Shown: positions 39,946-49,439 of the stretch, piece by piece
Layout: the number at the start of each line of letters is the position of its first letter
Numbering within the stretch: the first letter of the stretch is position 1
Program-made: the position numbers and the translations under genes
Notes under the pieces: generated by a model
The model's input: the letters and a program-made list of their open reading frames with translations, nothing else
Told to the model about the DNA's origin: nothing
Databases searched by the model: none
Assembly: GCA_009842505.1 (NCBI GenBank)
Contig: VYFG01000040.1
Span: 19,380-83,379, forward strand
From: Gammaproteobacteria bacterium
Lineage (GTDB): Bacteria > Pseudomonadota > Gammaproteobacteria > Arenicellales > Poriferihabitantaceae
Reading direction: 5' to 3'
DNA: 64,000 nucleotides

Positions 39946-41946
39946 ATGTTCAAGAAGATCCTGATCGCCAATCGTGGCGAAATCGCCTGCCGGGTGATAC
40001 GGACCGCCCGGCGCATGGGCATCGCCACGGTTGCGGTGTACTCCGATGCCGACCGCAATGCGCGCCACGTGGACGAGGCCGACGAGGGAATCCACATCGG
40101 CGCCGCCCCCGCAGCGGAGAGCTACCTGGTCTCGGAGCGGATTTTCCAGGCCTGTCACGACACCGGTGCGGAGGCCGTGCATCCGGGCTACGGCTTTCTC
40201 TCCGAAAACTCGGCATTTGCCACCGGCCTCGAAGCCGAGGGCATCGCGTTTATCGGTCCCGGCGTGCGCGCCATCGAGGCCATGGGGGACAAGATCACCT
40301 CCAAGCACATCGCCGAGGAGGCCGGGGTCAACGTGATACCCGGTCACACCGATGTAGTGAAGGATGCCGACGAGGCCGTTGCCATTGCCGAGGGCATCGG
40401 CTATCCCGTGATGATCAAGGCCAGCGCCGGGGGCGGCGGCAAGGGCATGCGGGTCGCCTTCGACGAGGCCGGATGCCGCGACGGATTTGAGCGCGCAACC
40501 AGCGAGGCGGTGTCGAGCTTCGGGGACGGCCGGATTTTCATCGAGAAATTCATCGAACAGCCCCGGCACATCGAGATCCAGGTCATCGCTGACGCCCATG
40601 GCAACGTGATCACACTGAATGAGCGTGAATGCTCGATCCAGCGCCGCCACCAGAAGGTGGTGGAGGAGTCGCCGTCACTCTTCATCGATCCGGAGACCCG
40701 GGACGCTATGAGCGCCCAGGCAAGGGCGCTTGCCCGGGCGGTGGACTACCGCTCCGCCGGAACGGTGGAACTGATCGTGGATGCCCAGCGGAATTTCTAC
40801 TTTCTCGAGATGAACACCCGGCTGCAGGTGGAGCATCCGGTGACTGAATTGGTCACCGGCTTCGACCTGGTGGAATTGATGATCCGGGTCGCCGCGGGCG
40901 AGCGTCTGCCCGTTACCCAGGAGGAGGTCGGCATCCATGGCTGGGCCATGGAATCCAGGATCTACGCGGAGAGTCCGTTCCGCAATTTCCTGCCTTCCAC
41001 CGGCCGGCTGGTGAAATACCGTCCGCCGGTCGAGAGCGAGTCGGTCAGGGTGGACACCGGGGTCACCGAGGGCTCCGAGATCTCCATGTTTTACGATCCC
41101 ATGATCGCCAAGCTGGTTACCTGGGGGGCCGACCGTGAGGAGGCCATCCGGACCATGCAGCAGGCCCTGGACCGCTACTACATCCGCGGCGTGGATACCA
41201 ACCTGCCGTTCGTCTCCGCGATCATGTCCCATACCCGCTTTCAGCGCGGCGAACTGACCACTGAATTCATCGCCGAGGAATACCCCGAAGGCTTCCAGGC
41301 CAATGCCATCGACCTTGGCGATACCGAAGTGCCTGCTGCGGTGATGGCCTGCATCCATTACCGCGTGATGCTGCGGGCCGCCACGATCTCCGGGCAGATG
41401 CCGGGACACGGCCGCGACCTGGGCAATCGATGGGTGGTGCTCATGGGCGGGAAGGCCCATACCATCGAGGTGACCCGCGAGCAGGATACGTGGCGGCTGG
41501 AAACCGGGCAGCGGAGCTTCCAACTGGCGGATCAATGGCAACTGATGGAACCGGTCTACGTCGGACGTCTGGACGACGAACCGGTCTGCTTGCAGGTCGA
41601 GCGGCCCGGTGACGGAATTGTCTACCGCGTTGTCTACCGCGGTCTTCCCATGGAAGTCCGTGTGCTCAGCGAATCCAATGCGGCCCATTTCGCGAAGATG
41701 CCCCTCAAGGCACCGCCGGATATGTCCGGTTTCCTGCTGTCGCCCATGCCGGGGCTCCTTCTGTCGGTGGCGGTGTCACCGGGCCAGTCGGTCAAGGCCG
41801 GGGAGGTTCTCGCGGTGATCGAGGCGATGAAAATGGAAAACGCGCTGCGCTCGGAAAGGGACGCTGTGGTGAAGGAGGTGCTGGTGGAACCGGGCAGTAC
41901 CCTGGAAGTGGATCAGCCCATTATCGCATTCGAGGCCCAGGACTGA
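39946..41946 (+). CDS. pccA: propionyl-CoA (acyl-CoA) carboxylase alpha chain: biotin carboxylase plus BCCP
   Basis: I place the start at ATG 39946 ([20 protein letters not shown]...). It has an ATP-grasp domain and the C-terminal biotinyl motif ...IEAMKMEN... Confidence 0.9.
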   Translation: MFKKILIANRGEIACRVIRTARRMGIATVAVYSDADRNARHVDEADEGIHIGAAPAAESYLVSERIFQACHDTGAEAVHPGYGFLSENSAFATGLEAEGIAFIGPGVRAIEAMGDKITSKHIAEEAGVNVIPGHTDVVKDADEAVAIAEGIGYPVMIKASAGGGGKGMRVAFDEAGCRDGFERATSEAVSSFGDGRIFIEKFIEQPRHIEIQVIADAHGNVITLNERECSIQRRHQKVVEESPSLFIDPETRDAMSAQARALARAVDYRSAGTVELIVDAQRNFYFLEMNTRLQVEHPVTELVTGFDLVELMIRVAAGERLPVTQEEVGIHGWAMESRIYAESPFRNFLPSTGRLVKYRPPVESESVRVDTGVTEGSEISMFYDPMIAKLVTWGADREEAIRTMQQALDRYYIRGVDTNLPFVSAIMSHTRFQRGELTTEFIAEEYPEGFQANAIDLGDTEVPAAVMACIHYRVMLRAATISGQMPGHGRDLGNRWVVLMGGKAHTIEVTREQDTWRLETGQRSFQLADQWQLMEPVYVGRLDDEPVCLQVERPGDGIVYRVVYRGLPMEVRVLSESNAAHFAKMPLKAPPDMSGFLLSPMPGLLLSVAVSPGQSVKAGEVLAVIEAMKMENALRSERDAVVKEVLVEPGSTLEVDQPIIAFEAQD

Positions 41947-41950
41947 CGGC

Positions 41951-42928
41951 TTGATCGACATCCAACAACTCCGCGTCGGAGATCGACGTACCTTGGCCAA
42001 GGCCATTACCCTGATCGAATCAACGCGGGCCGACGACCGTGCCGCGGCAGAAAAACTGCTGGAGCAGGTCATGCCCGATACCGGGCAGTCCCTTCGGCTG
42101 GGAATTTCCGGTATTCCGGGCGTCGGTAAATCCACTTTCATCGATGCCCTTGGCCGGTTGCTCATCGGGCACGGCCAGCGGGTCGCCGTGCTCACCGTGG
42201 ACCCCAGCTCCGCCATCAGCGGCGGCGCCATACTCGGTGACAAGACCCGCATGGACTGGCTGGCGGTGCAACCGTCGGCCTACATCCGGCCTTCGCCGGC
42301 GGGCATGACCCTGGGCGGTGTGGCAAGGCGCACCCGGGAGGCCATACTGCTGTGCGAGGCCGCAGGGTATGACGTTGTGATCGTGGAAACCGTCGGCGTG
42401 GGCCAGTCGGAATCCCTGGTCGCGGAGATGACCGATGTCTTCCTGCTCATGCTCCTGCCCGGCGCCGGGGACGACCTGCAGAGCATCAAGCGCGGTGTCA
42501 TGGAGCTTGCCGACCTAGTGGTGGTGAACAAGGCGGACGGCGACCTCATGGCCAAGGCGGGGGTCGCCGTTGCCGACCTGCAGTATGCGCTGCATTTGCT
42601 GCGGCCCAGGCTGCCCGGCTGGGAAACGCCCGTGCTGGCGGTTTCCAGCCGGGAGCGGCACGGCATCGAGGCGGTGTGGGACAGGATCACCGCGTATCGC
42701 GCGGCGCTTTCCGAGAACGGCGGACTGGAGGCGCGCCGGAATCAGCAATCGGTGGACTGGTTCTGGCGCGAGACTGGCGAATTGCTGCTGGAAGCCCTGC
42801 GTGCCGATCCGTCGTTCAGGCGGGAGATGGCGCAATTGCAAGAACAGGTGCGGAGTGGAACAATACCGGCTTCCGTTGCCGCCGCCAGGCTGGCGCGTGG
42901 ATACGCGTCCCTTTCCTGGCCCGGCTGA
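41951..42928 (+). CDS. meaB: methylmalonyl-CoA mutase-associated GTPase MeaB/ArgK
   Basis: TTG start. It has the P-loop GIPGVGKST, then ...VDPSS...[11 protein letters not shown]... and ...NKAD... G-motifs. Confidence 0.9.
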   Translation: MIDIQQLRVGDRRTLAKAITLIESTRADDRAAAEKLLEQVMPDTGQSLRLGISGIPGVGKSTFIDALGRLLIGHGQRVAVLTVDPSSAISGGAILGDKTRMDWLAVQPSAYIRPSPAGMTLGGVARRTREAILLCEAAGYDVVIVETVGVGQSESLVAEMTDVFLLMLLPGAGDDLQSIKRGVMELADLVVVNKADGDLMAKAGVAVADLQYALHLLRPRLPGWETPVLAVSSRERHGIEAVWDRITAYRAALSENGGLEARRNQQSVDWFWRETGELLLEALRADPSFRREMAQLQEQVRSGTIPASVAAARLARGYASLSWPG

Positions 42929-42961
42929 TGAACCGGACACACACCGCGGAGTGTTGACAAC

Positions 42962-43366
42962 ATGATCGGCAAACTCAACCACGTTGCCATCGCCGTCCCC
43001 GACCTGCAGGCCGCCTCGGCCCAGTACCGTGACATTTTCGGAGCCAGGGTTTCCGACCCGGTCGACCTGCCGGAGCACGGCGTCACCACGGTTTTCGTGA
43101 CCCTGCCCAATACCCATATCGAACTGCTGCACCCCTTGGGCGAGAACTCTCCGATCGCGGGATTCCTGGAGAGGAACCGGGCCGGCGGGATCCACCATGT
43201 CTGCTACGAGGTCGTGGATATTGGCCTTGCCGCGGAAAAGCTGGCCGCGACGGGAATGCGGATTCTCGGCGACGGCAAACCCCGAATCGGTGCGCACGGC
43301 AAACCGGTGCTGTTCCTCCATCCCAAGGACGCCCTGGGAACCCTGGTGGAACTCGAACAGATTTGA
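42962..43366 (+). CDS. mce: methylmalonyl-CoA epimerase (VOC/glyoxalase fold)
   Basis: 134-aa ORF reading MIGKLNHVAIAVPDL...IELL.PLGE.SPIAGFL...GGIHHVCYEV.DI... Confidence 0.9.
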   Translation: MIGKLNHVAIAVPDLQAASAQYRDIFGARVSDPVDLPEHGVTTVFVTLPNTHIELLHPLGENSPIAGFLERNRAGGIHHVCYEVVDIGLAAEKLAATGMRILGDGKPRIGAHGKPVLFLHPKDALGTLVELEQI

Positions 43367-43432
43367 GCATTCCGGTTTGCCCTGCCGCCAAAGTCGTCCC
43401 TGGCAAGAGGACCGGTGGACCATGAGTGCTTC

Positions 43433-44161
43433 ATGAGCAAGTCGGACCGGATTTACGCGGAATCCAGGTCATTCGTGGTGGATTTCACCTTCGACCGGGC
43501 CGTGGCGGAGGTGTTCCCGGACATGATTCGAAGGTCAGTTCCGGGCTACGAAACCGTGATCTCCACCCTGGGGGTGCTGGCGCAATCCCATTTCCGGCCC
43601 GCTACCCGGGTCTACGACCTCGGCTGCTCCCTGGGGGCCGCCACGCTGTCTGTCCACCGGTGCCTGGGGGATGCGGATGCACACTATGTCCTGGTGGACA
43701 ACGCGTCGGCGATGCTGGGGCGTTGCCGTGAGCACCTGGACCGACTGATGCCCGGTGCGAGTGTCGAGTACCGGGAGGCGGACATCCGGGCCGTCCCCGT
43801 GGAGAACGCCAGCGTGGTGATACTCAATTTCACCATCCAGTTCGTGCCGCCCGGTGACCGACTGGCGCTGCTCGAGAATATCCATGCCGGCCTTGTGCCA
43901 GGGGGGTGTCTGATACTGTCGGAAAAAGTGCTCGGCGAGGACCCCGGTGAAGATCGCTGTTTTTCCGATCTTCATCTCCGCTTCAAGGCTGCAAACGGCT
44001 ACAGCGACCTGGAAATCAGCCAGAAACGAAGCGCGCTGGAAAGGGTGCTGCGCCCGGATTCCCTGGCGCAGCACCAGGAACGCCTTTCTAGGGCCGGCTT
44101 TGCCAGCATCAGGACCTGGTTCCGCTGCCTCAATTTTGTCTCCCTCCTGGCGGTCAAGTAA
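43433..44161 (+). CDS. cmoA: carboxy-S-adenosyl-L-methionine synthase
   Basis: I place the start at ATG 43433 (MSKSDRIY...). ...[27 protein letters not shown]... closely follows the E. coli CmoA N-terminus (...[22 protein letters not shown]...). Confidence 0.9.
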   Translation: [242 protein letters not shown]

Positions 44162-44171
44162 TCCCGGTATC

Positions 44172-45188
44172 GTGTGGGAGTTCGACGAGTTGCATGGCGC
44201 CCTGGCGGAGACGCCGCTGGCGGCCTTGGCGGAACCCCTTGCCGGCACCTCGCGGTCGGTATTGTCAGGCCGTGCCCACGGGGACCGGGCACGGTGGCTG
44301 GCGGCCATCGAGGCCCTGCCGGAGATCCCGGTTGCCGCAGTCCGGCTGCAGGAGGATGCCGTATGCGCTGCAGCCACCCGGCCGCCGGATGCCGGCACCA
44401 TGGCCCGGTTGCGCCGCTCGATGCAGGCCCTGCATCCCTGGCGCAAGGGCCCGTTCGACCTGTTCGGCATGGTCATTGACGCCGAATGGCGATCCTGCAT
44501 GAAATGGTCCCGGGTGGCGCCCCACCTGTCGCCGCTGGACGGAAGGGTGGTGCTGGATGTGGGGTCAGGCAACGGATACTACCTCTACCGGATGCTGGGC
44601 GCTGGTGCGGCCGCGGCTATCGGTGTGGATCCCACGGAACTGTTCGTGGCGCAGTTTCAGGCCCTCAACCGTTACCTTGGGGCATCGCGGGCGGTGGTGC
44701 TGCCGCTCAGGTGCGAGGACCTGCCGGCATCGATGACGGGCATGGGAACCGCCGGCTTCGATACGGTGTTCTCCATGGGCGTGTATTACCATCGCCGCGA
44801 TCCCCTGGCCCATCTCGGGGAACTGGCGGAATTGCTCCGGCCGGGCGGCGAGCTTGTCCTGGAAACACTGGTCATCGAAGGCGATGGAGCGCGCGCCCTT
44901 GAGCCGGGGGGCCGATACGCGCGCATGCGCAATGTCTGGACCGTGCCGTCTCTCCCCTTGCTGACCACCCATCTGCTCGAGTCGGGATTCATCGCACCGA
45001 GGCTCGTGGGCGTCACCCCCACCACGGCGGCGGAGCAGCGCAGCACGACCTGGATGACCTTTGAGTCCCTGGCGGACTGCCTCGACCCGGCGGATGCCAC
45101 CAGAACCGTGGAGGGTTATCCCGCCCCCGTCCGGGCCTGTATCATCGCCACCCGCGAGCTCCCGGCTGCCTCATCGAATGCGTCCTGA
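44172..45188 (+). CDS. cmoB: tRNA U34 carboxymethyltransferase
   Basis: GTG 44172 is the first plausible start after the cmoA stop. It has ...LHPWRKGPFDLFG..IDAEWRS..KW.R... and ...VLDVGSGNGYY..RM.. (SAM fold), which are CmoB signatures. Confidence 0.85.
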   Translation: MWEFDELHGALAETPLAALAEPLAGTSRSVLSGRAHGDRARWLAAIEALPEIPVAAVRLQEDAVCAAATRPPDAGTMARLRRSMQALHPWRKGPFDLFGMVIDAEWRSCMKWSRVAPHLSPLDGRVVLDVGSGNGYYLYRMLGAGAAAAIGVDPTELFVAQFQALNRYLGASRAVVLPLRCEDLPASMTGMGTAGFDTVFSMGVYYHRRDPLAHLGELAELLRPGGELVLETLVIEGDGARALEPGGRYARMRNVWTVPSLPLLTTHLLESGFIAPRLVGVTPTTAAEQRSTTWMTFESLADCLDPADATRTVEGYPAPVRACIIATRELPAASSNAS

Positions 45189-46287
45189 CACCGACAATTA
45201 CCAGCGGCTGTTTCTTCAGGATATTCCCCTGATCGATACCCGTGCGCCGGTGGAATTCATCCGGGGCGCGTTCGAGCATGCGGTCAACATGCCGCTCATG
45301 ACCGATGCCGAACGCCACCGGGTCGGGATCCGCTACAAGGAGGCGGGACAGGAAGCCGCCATCGCGCTTGGCCGCGAGCTTGTGGGCCCGGCGCTGCAGG
45401 CGGAACGTACCCGGTTCTGGGTGGATTTCGCAAGGCAGCACCCGGAGGGGTACCTGTACTGTTTCCGGGGCGGCCTGCGGTCACGCATTACCCAGGACTG
45501 GATGGCCCGGGCAGGCGTGCACTACCCGTACATCAAGGGCGGCTACAAGGCCATGCGCCGCTTCCTGCTGGGGGTGGTGGCGCGCCTGGGCGGCGGCATC
45601 CCGTTGATTCTGGTCAGCGGCCGCACCGGGACCGGCAAGACCCGGTTGCTGGGCCGCATCCGCCGCTCGCTGGACCTGGAGGGCCTGGCCAATCATCGCG
45701 GCTCCAGCTTCGGTACCATGGCGGAGTCCCAGCCAACCCCGATCAACTTCGAAAACCGGATTGCGGTCCGCCTGTTGAAGCTTGCCCGGGGTGATGAAAG
45801 CTCGCCGGTGTTTGTCGAGGGGGAAGGGCGCCTGGTGGGAAGCCTCACGGTGCCGGATCCGCTCTGGATCAACATGCAGCGCTCACCGGCCCTGGTGCTG
45901 GAAGCCGATATGGAGCAGAGGGTGGATATCGGAATCTCCGACTACGTGGTGGATCTGCTGAACCGGGTCCGGCTGCTGGAGCCGGGTGAGGCCGGATTTG
46001 AGCGCTTCGCCGAACGCCATCGGCAGAGTCTCTATCGCATCCGTCGCCGTCTTGGCCTGGAGTCCTACGATGAGGCTATGGCCATGCTGGAAGCCGCGCT
46101 GGCCGCACACCGGGACCACGATGACCTGGAAGGCTACCGGCCGTTCATCCGCCTGCTGCTGGAACGCTACTACGATCCCATGTATGACTACCAGTTCTCG
46201 CGCCGGCAGGGTGTAGTGCTTGCCAGGGGTGATGCTGATGCGCTCACGGGCTGGCTGCAGCACCGGGGTGTGGCGCTGGACCGATGA
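45178..46287 (+). CDS. selU: tRNA 2-selenouridine synthase
   Basis: I place the start at ATG 45178, overlapping the cmoB stop by 11 nt. It has an N-terminal rhodanese-like domain (...IPLIDTRAPVEFIRGAFEHAVNMPLM...C.RGG.RS), the P-loop SGRTGTGKT, and the C-terminal ...LLERYYDPMYDYQ... as in E. coli SelU/YbbB. Confidence 0.85.
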   Translation: MRPDTDNYQRLFLQDIPLIDTRAPVEFIRGAFEHAVNMPLMTDAERHRVGIRYKEAGQEAAIALGRELVGPALQAERTRFWVDFARQHPEGYLYCFRGGLRSRITQDWMARAGVHYPYIKGGYKAMRRFLLGVVARLGGGIPLILVSGRTGTGKTRLLGRIRRSLDLEGLANHRGSSFGTMAESQPTPINFENRIAVRLLKLARGDESSPVFVEGEGRLVGSLTVPDPLWINMQRSPALVLEADMEQRVDIGISDYVVDLLNRVRLLEPGEAGFERFAERHRQSLYRIRRRLGLESYDEAMAMLEAALAAHRDHDDLEGYRPFIRLLLERYYDPMYDYQFSRRQGVVLARGDADALTGWLQHRGVALDR

Positions 46288-48569
46288 ACCGCACGACTCC
46301 CATGGCCCGGGACCTGGTCCTGTTGGGCGGCGGACACAGTCACGTCATCGTCATCCGGAGATGGGCGGCGAATCCCGTACCCGGGGTTCGGGTAACCCTG
46401 GTTTCGCCGGACACGCTGACACCGTATTCAGGAATGCTACCCGGCCTGGTGGCGGGTCACTACTCCGTTGCACAGGCCCACATCGACCTGGCGCGCCTGT
46501 GCCGCTGGGCCGGAATCCGGTTCGTGCGGTCCGCCGCCAGCGGGGTGGACGCCGCCGGCCGCCGGGTCCTGTTCGACACCAGGCCGGCCATCGAATACGA
46601 CCTCCTGTCCGTGAACACCGGTGGTGCACCCTGCCTCGTCAATGTTCCCGGTGCTGCGCAATATGCAACACCGGTGAAGCCGGTACACCGGTTTCATGCA
46701 CGTTGGCGGGGACTGGCGGCCCGTGCCCGGGAAAGTGAAGATTCCCTCGATATCGGCGTGGTGGGTGCCGGGGCGGGGGGATTCGAGATTCTGCTGGCGA
46801 TGAACCATGCCCTGAACTCGGTAGACGGTCGCCCCGTAACGGCCACGGGAACGCTCCGTCACCGGTTGCACTGGTTTGTCCGGGATACCGCGCTGGAGGA
46901 ATATCCCGCTGCGGTACGGCGAATGGCTCTCAGGGCCTGCGCGCAGCGCGGCGTGGATTGCCATCATGAATTCGACGTGGTTCAGGTTAACGCCGACGGC
47001 TTGCTGTCGGCGACTGGCCAGGAGGTCCGGCTGGACGCCGTCGTGTGGTGCACCGAGGCCATGGCCGCTGCGTGGCCGACGGAGTCGGGACTCGACTGCG
47101 ACGAGAGAGGATTCATCCGTGTTTCCGACACGCTGCAAAGCCTGTCCCACCCGGATATTTTCGCCGCCGGCGATGCCGCAATGCAGCGGCACCACGCGCG
47201 GCCAAGGGCGGGTGTTTTCGCTGTCCGCCAGGGCCCTGTTCTGGCAGAGAACCTGCGCCGGGCGGTGCTGGGCGAAAGGCTGCGGAAATACCGACCCCAG
47301 AAACGGTTTCTGACATTGCTGTCCATGGGTGATCGTACCGCCATCGGCCGCAAGGGACCGTTCATTGCCAAGGGAACATGGGTCTGGCGGTGGAAACACT
47401 GGATTGATGAAAGATTCATGTTTAATTTCAATAAATTGCCTAAATTTATTGAACAAAAATCACAACAAATGCCGTCTGCGTTTCAGGCTGAGCTGGCATC
47501 GGACGAAATGCCGGACGGCATGCGCTGCGGAGGTTGTGGGGCCAAGCTGGGGGGTGATGTGCTTGCGTCGGTCATGGACGAACTGGATGTCCTTGAGCGG
47601 GATGACCTTCCGGTGGGGCTGGCGTCAAGGGGGGACGTGGCTGTGATTGACTGCAATGGAAGGCCGCTGGCCCAGTCCGTGGACCAGGTACGGTCGTTTG
47701 TCGACGATCCCTGGCTATTCGGCCGGATTGCCACCATCCACGCGCTGAGTGATTTGTATGCCGCACGCAGCCTCCCCCAATCCGCCATGGTCATCGTCAC
47801 CCTGCCGTGGGGAGCCGAATCCACCATGCGCAGGGAGTTGTCGCAACTGATGCGGGGCGTCACCGTGGAACTCTCCCGGGCGGGGTGCGCCCTGTCCGGG
47901 GGACATACCGCTGAGGGGCTCGAAACCTCCCTAGGATTCGTGGTCAACGGCTATTCACCCGGTGCCGGTGAGTCCGGTGCAAACGGTCCCCGGGCAGGCG
48001 ATTGCCTGATCCTGACCAAGCCGCTGGGAACAGGTGTCATCCTGGCGGCAGCGATGCGGGCCAGAGCCGCCGGCCCGGTACTGGACATGGCCCTGGAGTC
48101 GATGCTGCAGTCAAATGCCCGCGCCGCTGGGATCATCGGGGATCTCGGTACCAGTGCCATGACGGACGTGACCGGGTTCGGCCTTGCAGGTCACCTCCTG
48201 ACACTCCTCAGGTCCTCGGGACTATCCTGCCACCTGTGGCCGGATGCGGTGCCGGCATTGCCGGGTGCGGCGGCACTCCACAGGGAGGGGATCCACAGTT
48301 CGCTGCAAGGCGCCAATGTCCGCATGCTGCGAAGCGGCGGGAACATGGAGGCACTCGACGCCATCCCGGGATGGGAACTCCTGACGGATCCGCAGACCAG
48401 CGGGGGGCTTCTCGCGGTCATCCCGACCGAGGCGGTTGACGGCTGCCTTGAGGCCCTGCGCCGGGCCGGATATGACCGGGCGGCCTGTATCGGAATGCTG
48501 GCCGCCCGCGCTGGCCGTGAGCCCCTGATCGCCTGCGGGCCGGTTCCGCAGTCTTTTCGTTGCCCGTAG
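46284..48569 (+). CDS. selD: fusion protein: N-terminal FAD/NAD(P)-dependent pyridine nucleotide-disulfide (NDH-2-like) oxidoreductase plus C-terminal selenide, water dikinase (SelD)
   Basis: - 761-aa ORF with an ATGA overlap with selU.
- The N-terminal half has LVLLGGGHSHV, a second GxGxxG (VVGAGAGGFE) and ...IFAAGDAA....
- After an AT-rich linker, the C-terminal half has the SelD active-site loop ...RCGGCGAKLG... (Cys/Lys, Cys-type not Sec) and an AIR-synthase-like fold. Confidence 0.85.
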   Translation: MNRTTPMARDLVLLGGGHSHVIVIRRWAANPVPGVRVTLVSPDTLTPYSGMLPGLVAGHYSVAQAHIDLARLCRWAGIRFVRSAASGVDAAGRRVLFDTRPAIEYDLLSVNTGGAPCLVNVPGAAQYATPVKPVHRFHARWRGLAARARESEDSLDIGVVGAGAGGFEILLAMNHALNSVDGRPVTATGTLRHRLHWFVRDTALEEYPAAVRRMALRACAQRGVDCHHEFDVVQVNADGLLSATGQEVRLDAVVWCTEAMAAAWPTESGLDCDERGFIRVSDTLQSLSHPDIFAAGDAAMQRHHARPRAGVFAVRQGPVLAENLRRAVLGERLRKYRPQKRFLTLLSMGDRTAIGRKGPFIAKGTWVWRWKHWIDERFMFNFNKLPKFIEQKSQQMPSAFQAELASDEMPDGMRCGGCGAKLGGDVLASVMDELDVLERDDLPVGLASRGDVAVIDCNGRPLAQSVDQVRSFVDDPWLFGRIATIHALSDLYAARSLPQSAMVIVTLPWGAESTMRRELSQLMRGVTVELSRAGCALSGGHTAEGLETSLGFVVNGYSPGAGESGANGPRAGDCLILTKPLGTGVILAAAMRARAAGPVLDMALESMLQSNARAAGIIGDLGTSAMTDVTGFGLAGHLLTLLRSSGLSCHLWPDAVPALPGAAALHREGIHSSLQGANVRMLRSGGNMEALDAIPGWELLTDPQTSGGLLAVIPTEAVDGCLEALRRAGYDRAACIGMLAARAGREPLIACGPVPQSFRCP
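47427..47453. promoter_or_regulatory. perfect 11-bp inverted repeat TTCAATAAATT-gccta-AATTTATTGAA inside the selD-fusion linker
   Basis: Read directly. It is embedded in a 60-nt stretch (47411-47470) containing only 12 G/C. The function is unknown (operator, fossil terminator or hairpin). Confidence 0.45.
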
Positions 48570-48788
48570 GGCTTCCCGAAGCGCCCCGCGTCCACAGATC
48601 ATGCGGGCATGCCGGGAACCCATGACCTGGGTACCGGGACCAGCTGTTGCTGGACGGAGGAATCCGGCGGAATACCGGGAGGAGGGACGTTTCCCGGTTC
48701 GCGCGCGCTTGGTCGACGCGCCAGGTTGGGTGGGGTATGATGATTCCAGGGGTGTAACACGGGACCGATTCAGGACGGGGAATTGAGC

Positions 48789-49439
48789 ATGGGCGACAGC
48801 AAGTTCGAAATGAACCGGATCGACAGCCGACTGTCTCGGCTGTATACAGGCCGCGACAACAAGCAGGAAACCTACGATCGCTGGGCGGACGACTACGAGA
48901 AAGATCTGGTCGGGGATCTGGGGTATGTGGCCCATGTCGATGCGACCAGGATCTTCAGCGAGGCGGTGCCGGATCGGTCATGCCGGGTGCTCGACGTCGC
49001 CTGCGGCACCGGCCTTGTGGGAATCGAGTTGCAAAACCATGGATATTCGGACGTGGACGGTACGGATTTCTCACCGGGAATGCTGGAAAAGGCGGCCGAT
49101 ACGGGTACTTACCGCACCCTGTTCCGGCACGATTTCACGCGGGACCTGGAAAACCCAGGGCAATATGACGCGTTGATCTGCGTGGGTCTGTTCGCGTTCG
49201 ACATTCCGCCGATCACGGACATGATCCGGGTGATCCGCTCTGCCAGGTCCGGGGGAACCTGCGTGATCACCGTCAATGGAGCTGCCTGGCACCAACTGGA
49301 TCATGAAACCACGATCAGGGACGAGGCAGACCGGTATGGGTTCACCATCGAAGCCATCCACCGCGTAGGCTATATACGGGACCAGGGCATCGATGGGCGG
49401 GTTCTCGTGATCCGCGCCCCCGGGGATGCGGTTGGCTGA
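48789..49439 (+). CDS. class I SAM-dependent methyltransferase
   Basis: I place the start at ATG 48789 (MGDSKFEM...). It has SAM motif I VLDVACGTGLVG and a post-I acidic residue (..VDGTDFSPGML). Confidence 0.7.
   Translation: MGDSKFEMNRIDSRLSRLYTGRDNKQETYDRWADDYEKDLVGDLGYVAHVDATRIFSEAVPDRSCRVLDVACGTGLVGIELQNHGYSDVDGTDFSPGMLEKAADTGTYRTLFRHDFTRDLENPGQYDALICVGLFAFDIPPITDMIRVIRSARSGGTCVITVNGAAWHQLDHETTIRDEADRYGFTIEAIHRVGYIRDQGIDGRVLVIRAPGDAVG

Noticed and set aside
38388-44572. Minus-strand ORFs of 416, 252, 337, 302 and 345 aa
   Set aside because: They are antisense to pccB, pccA, meaB, mce and cmoA/cmoB. The reasoning is the same as for the other shadow ORFs.
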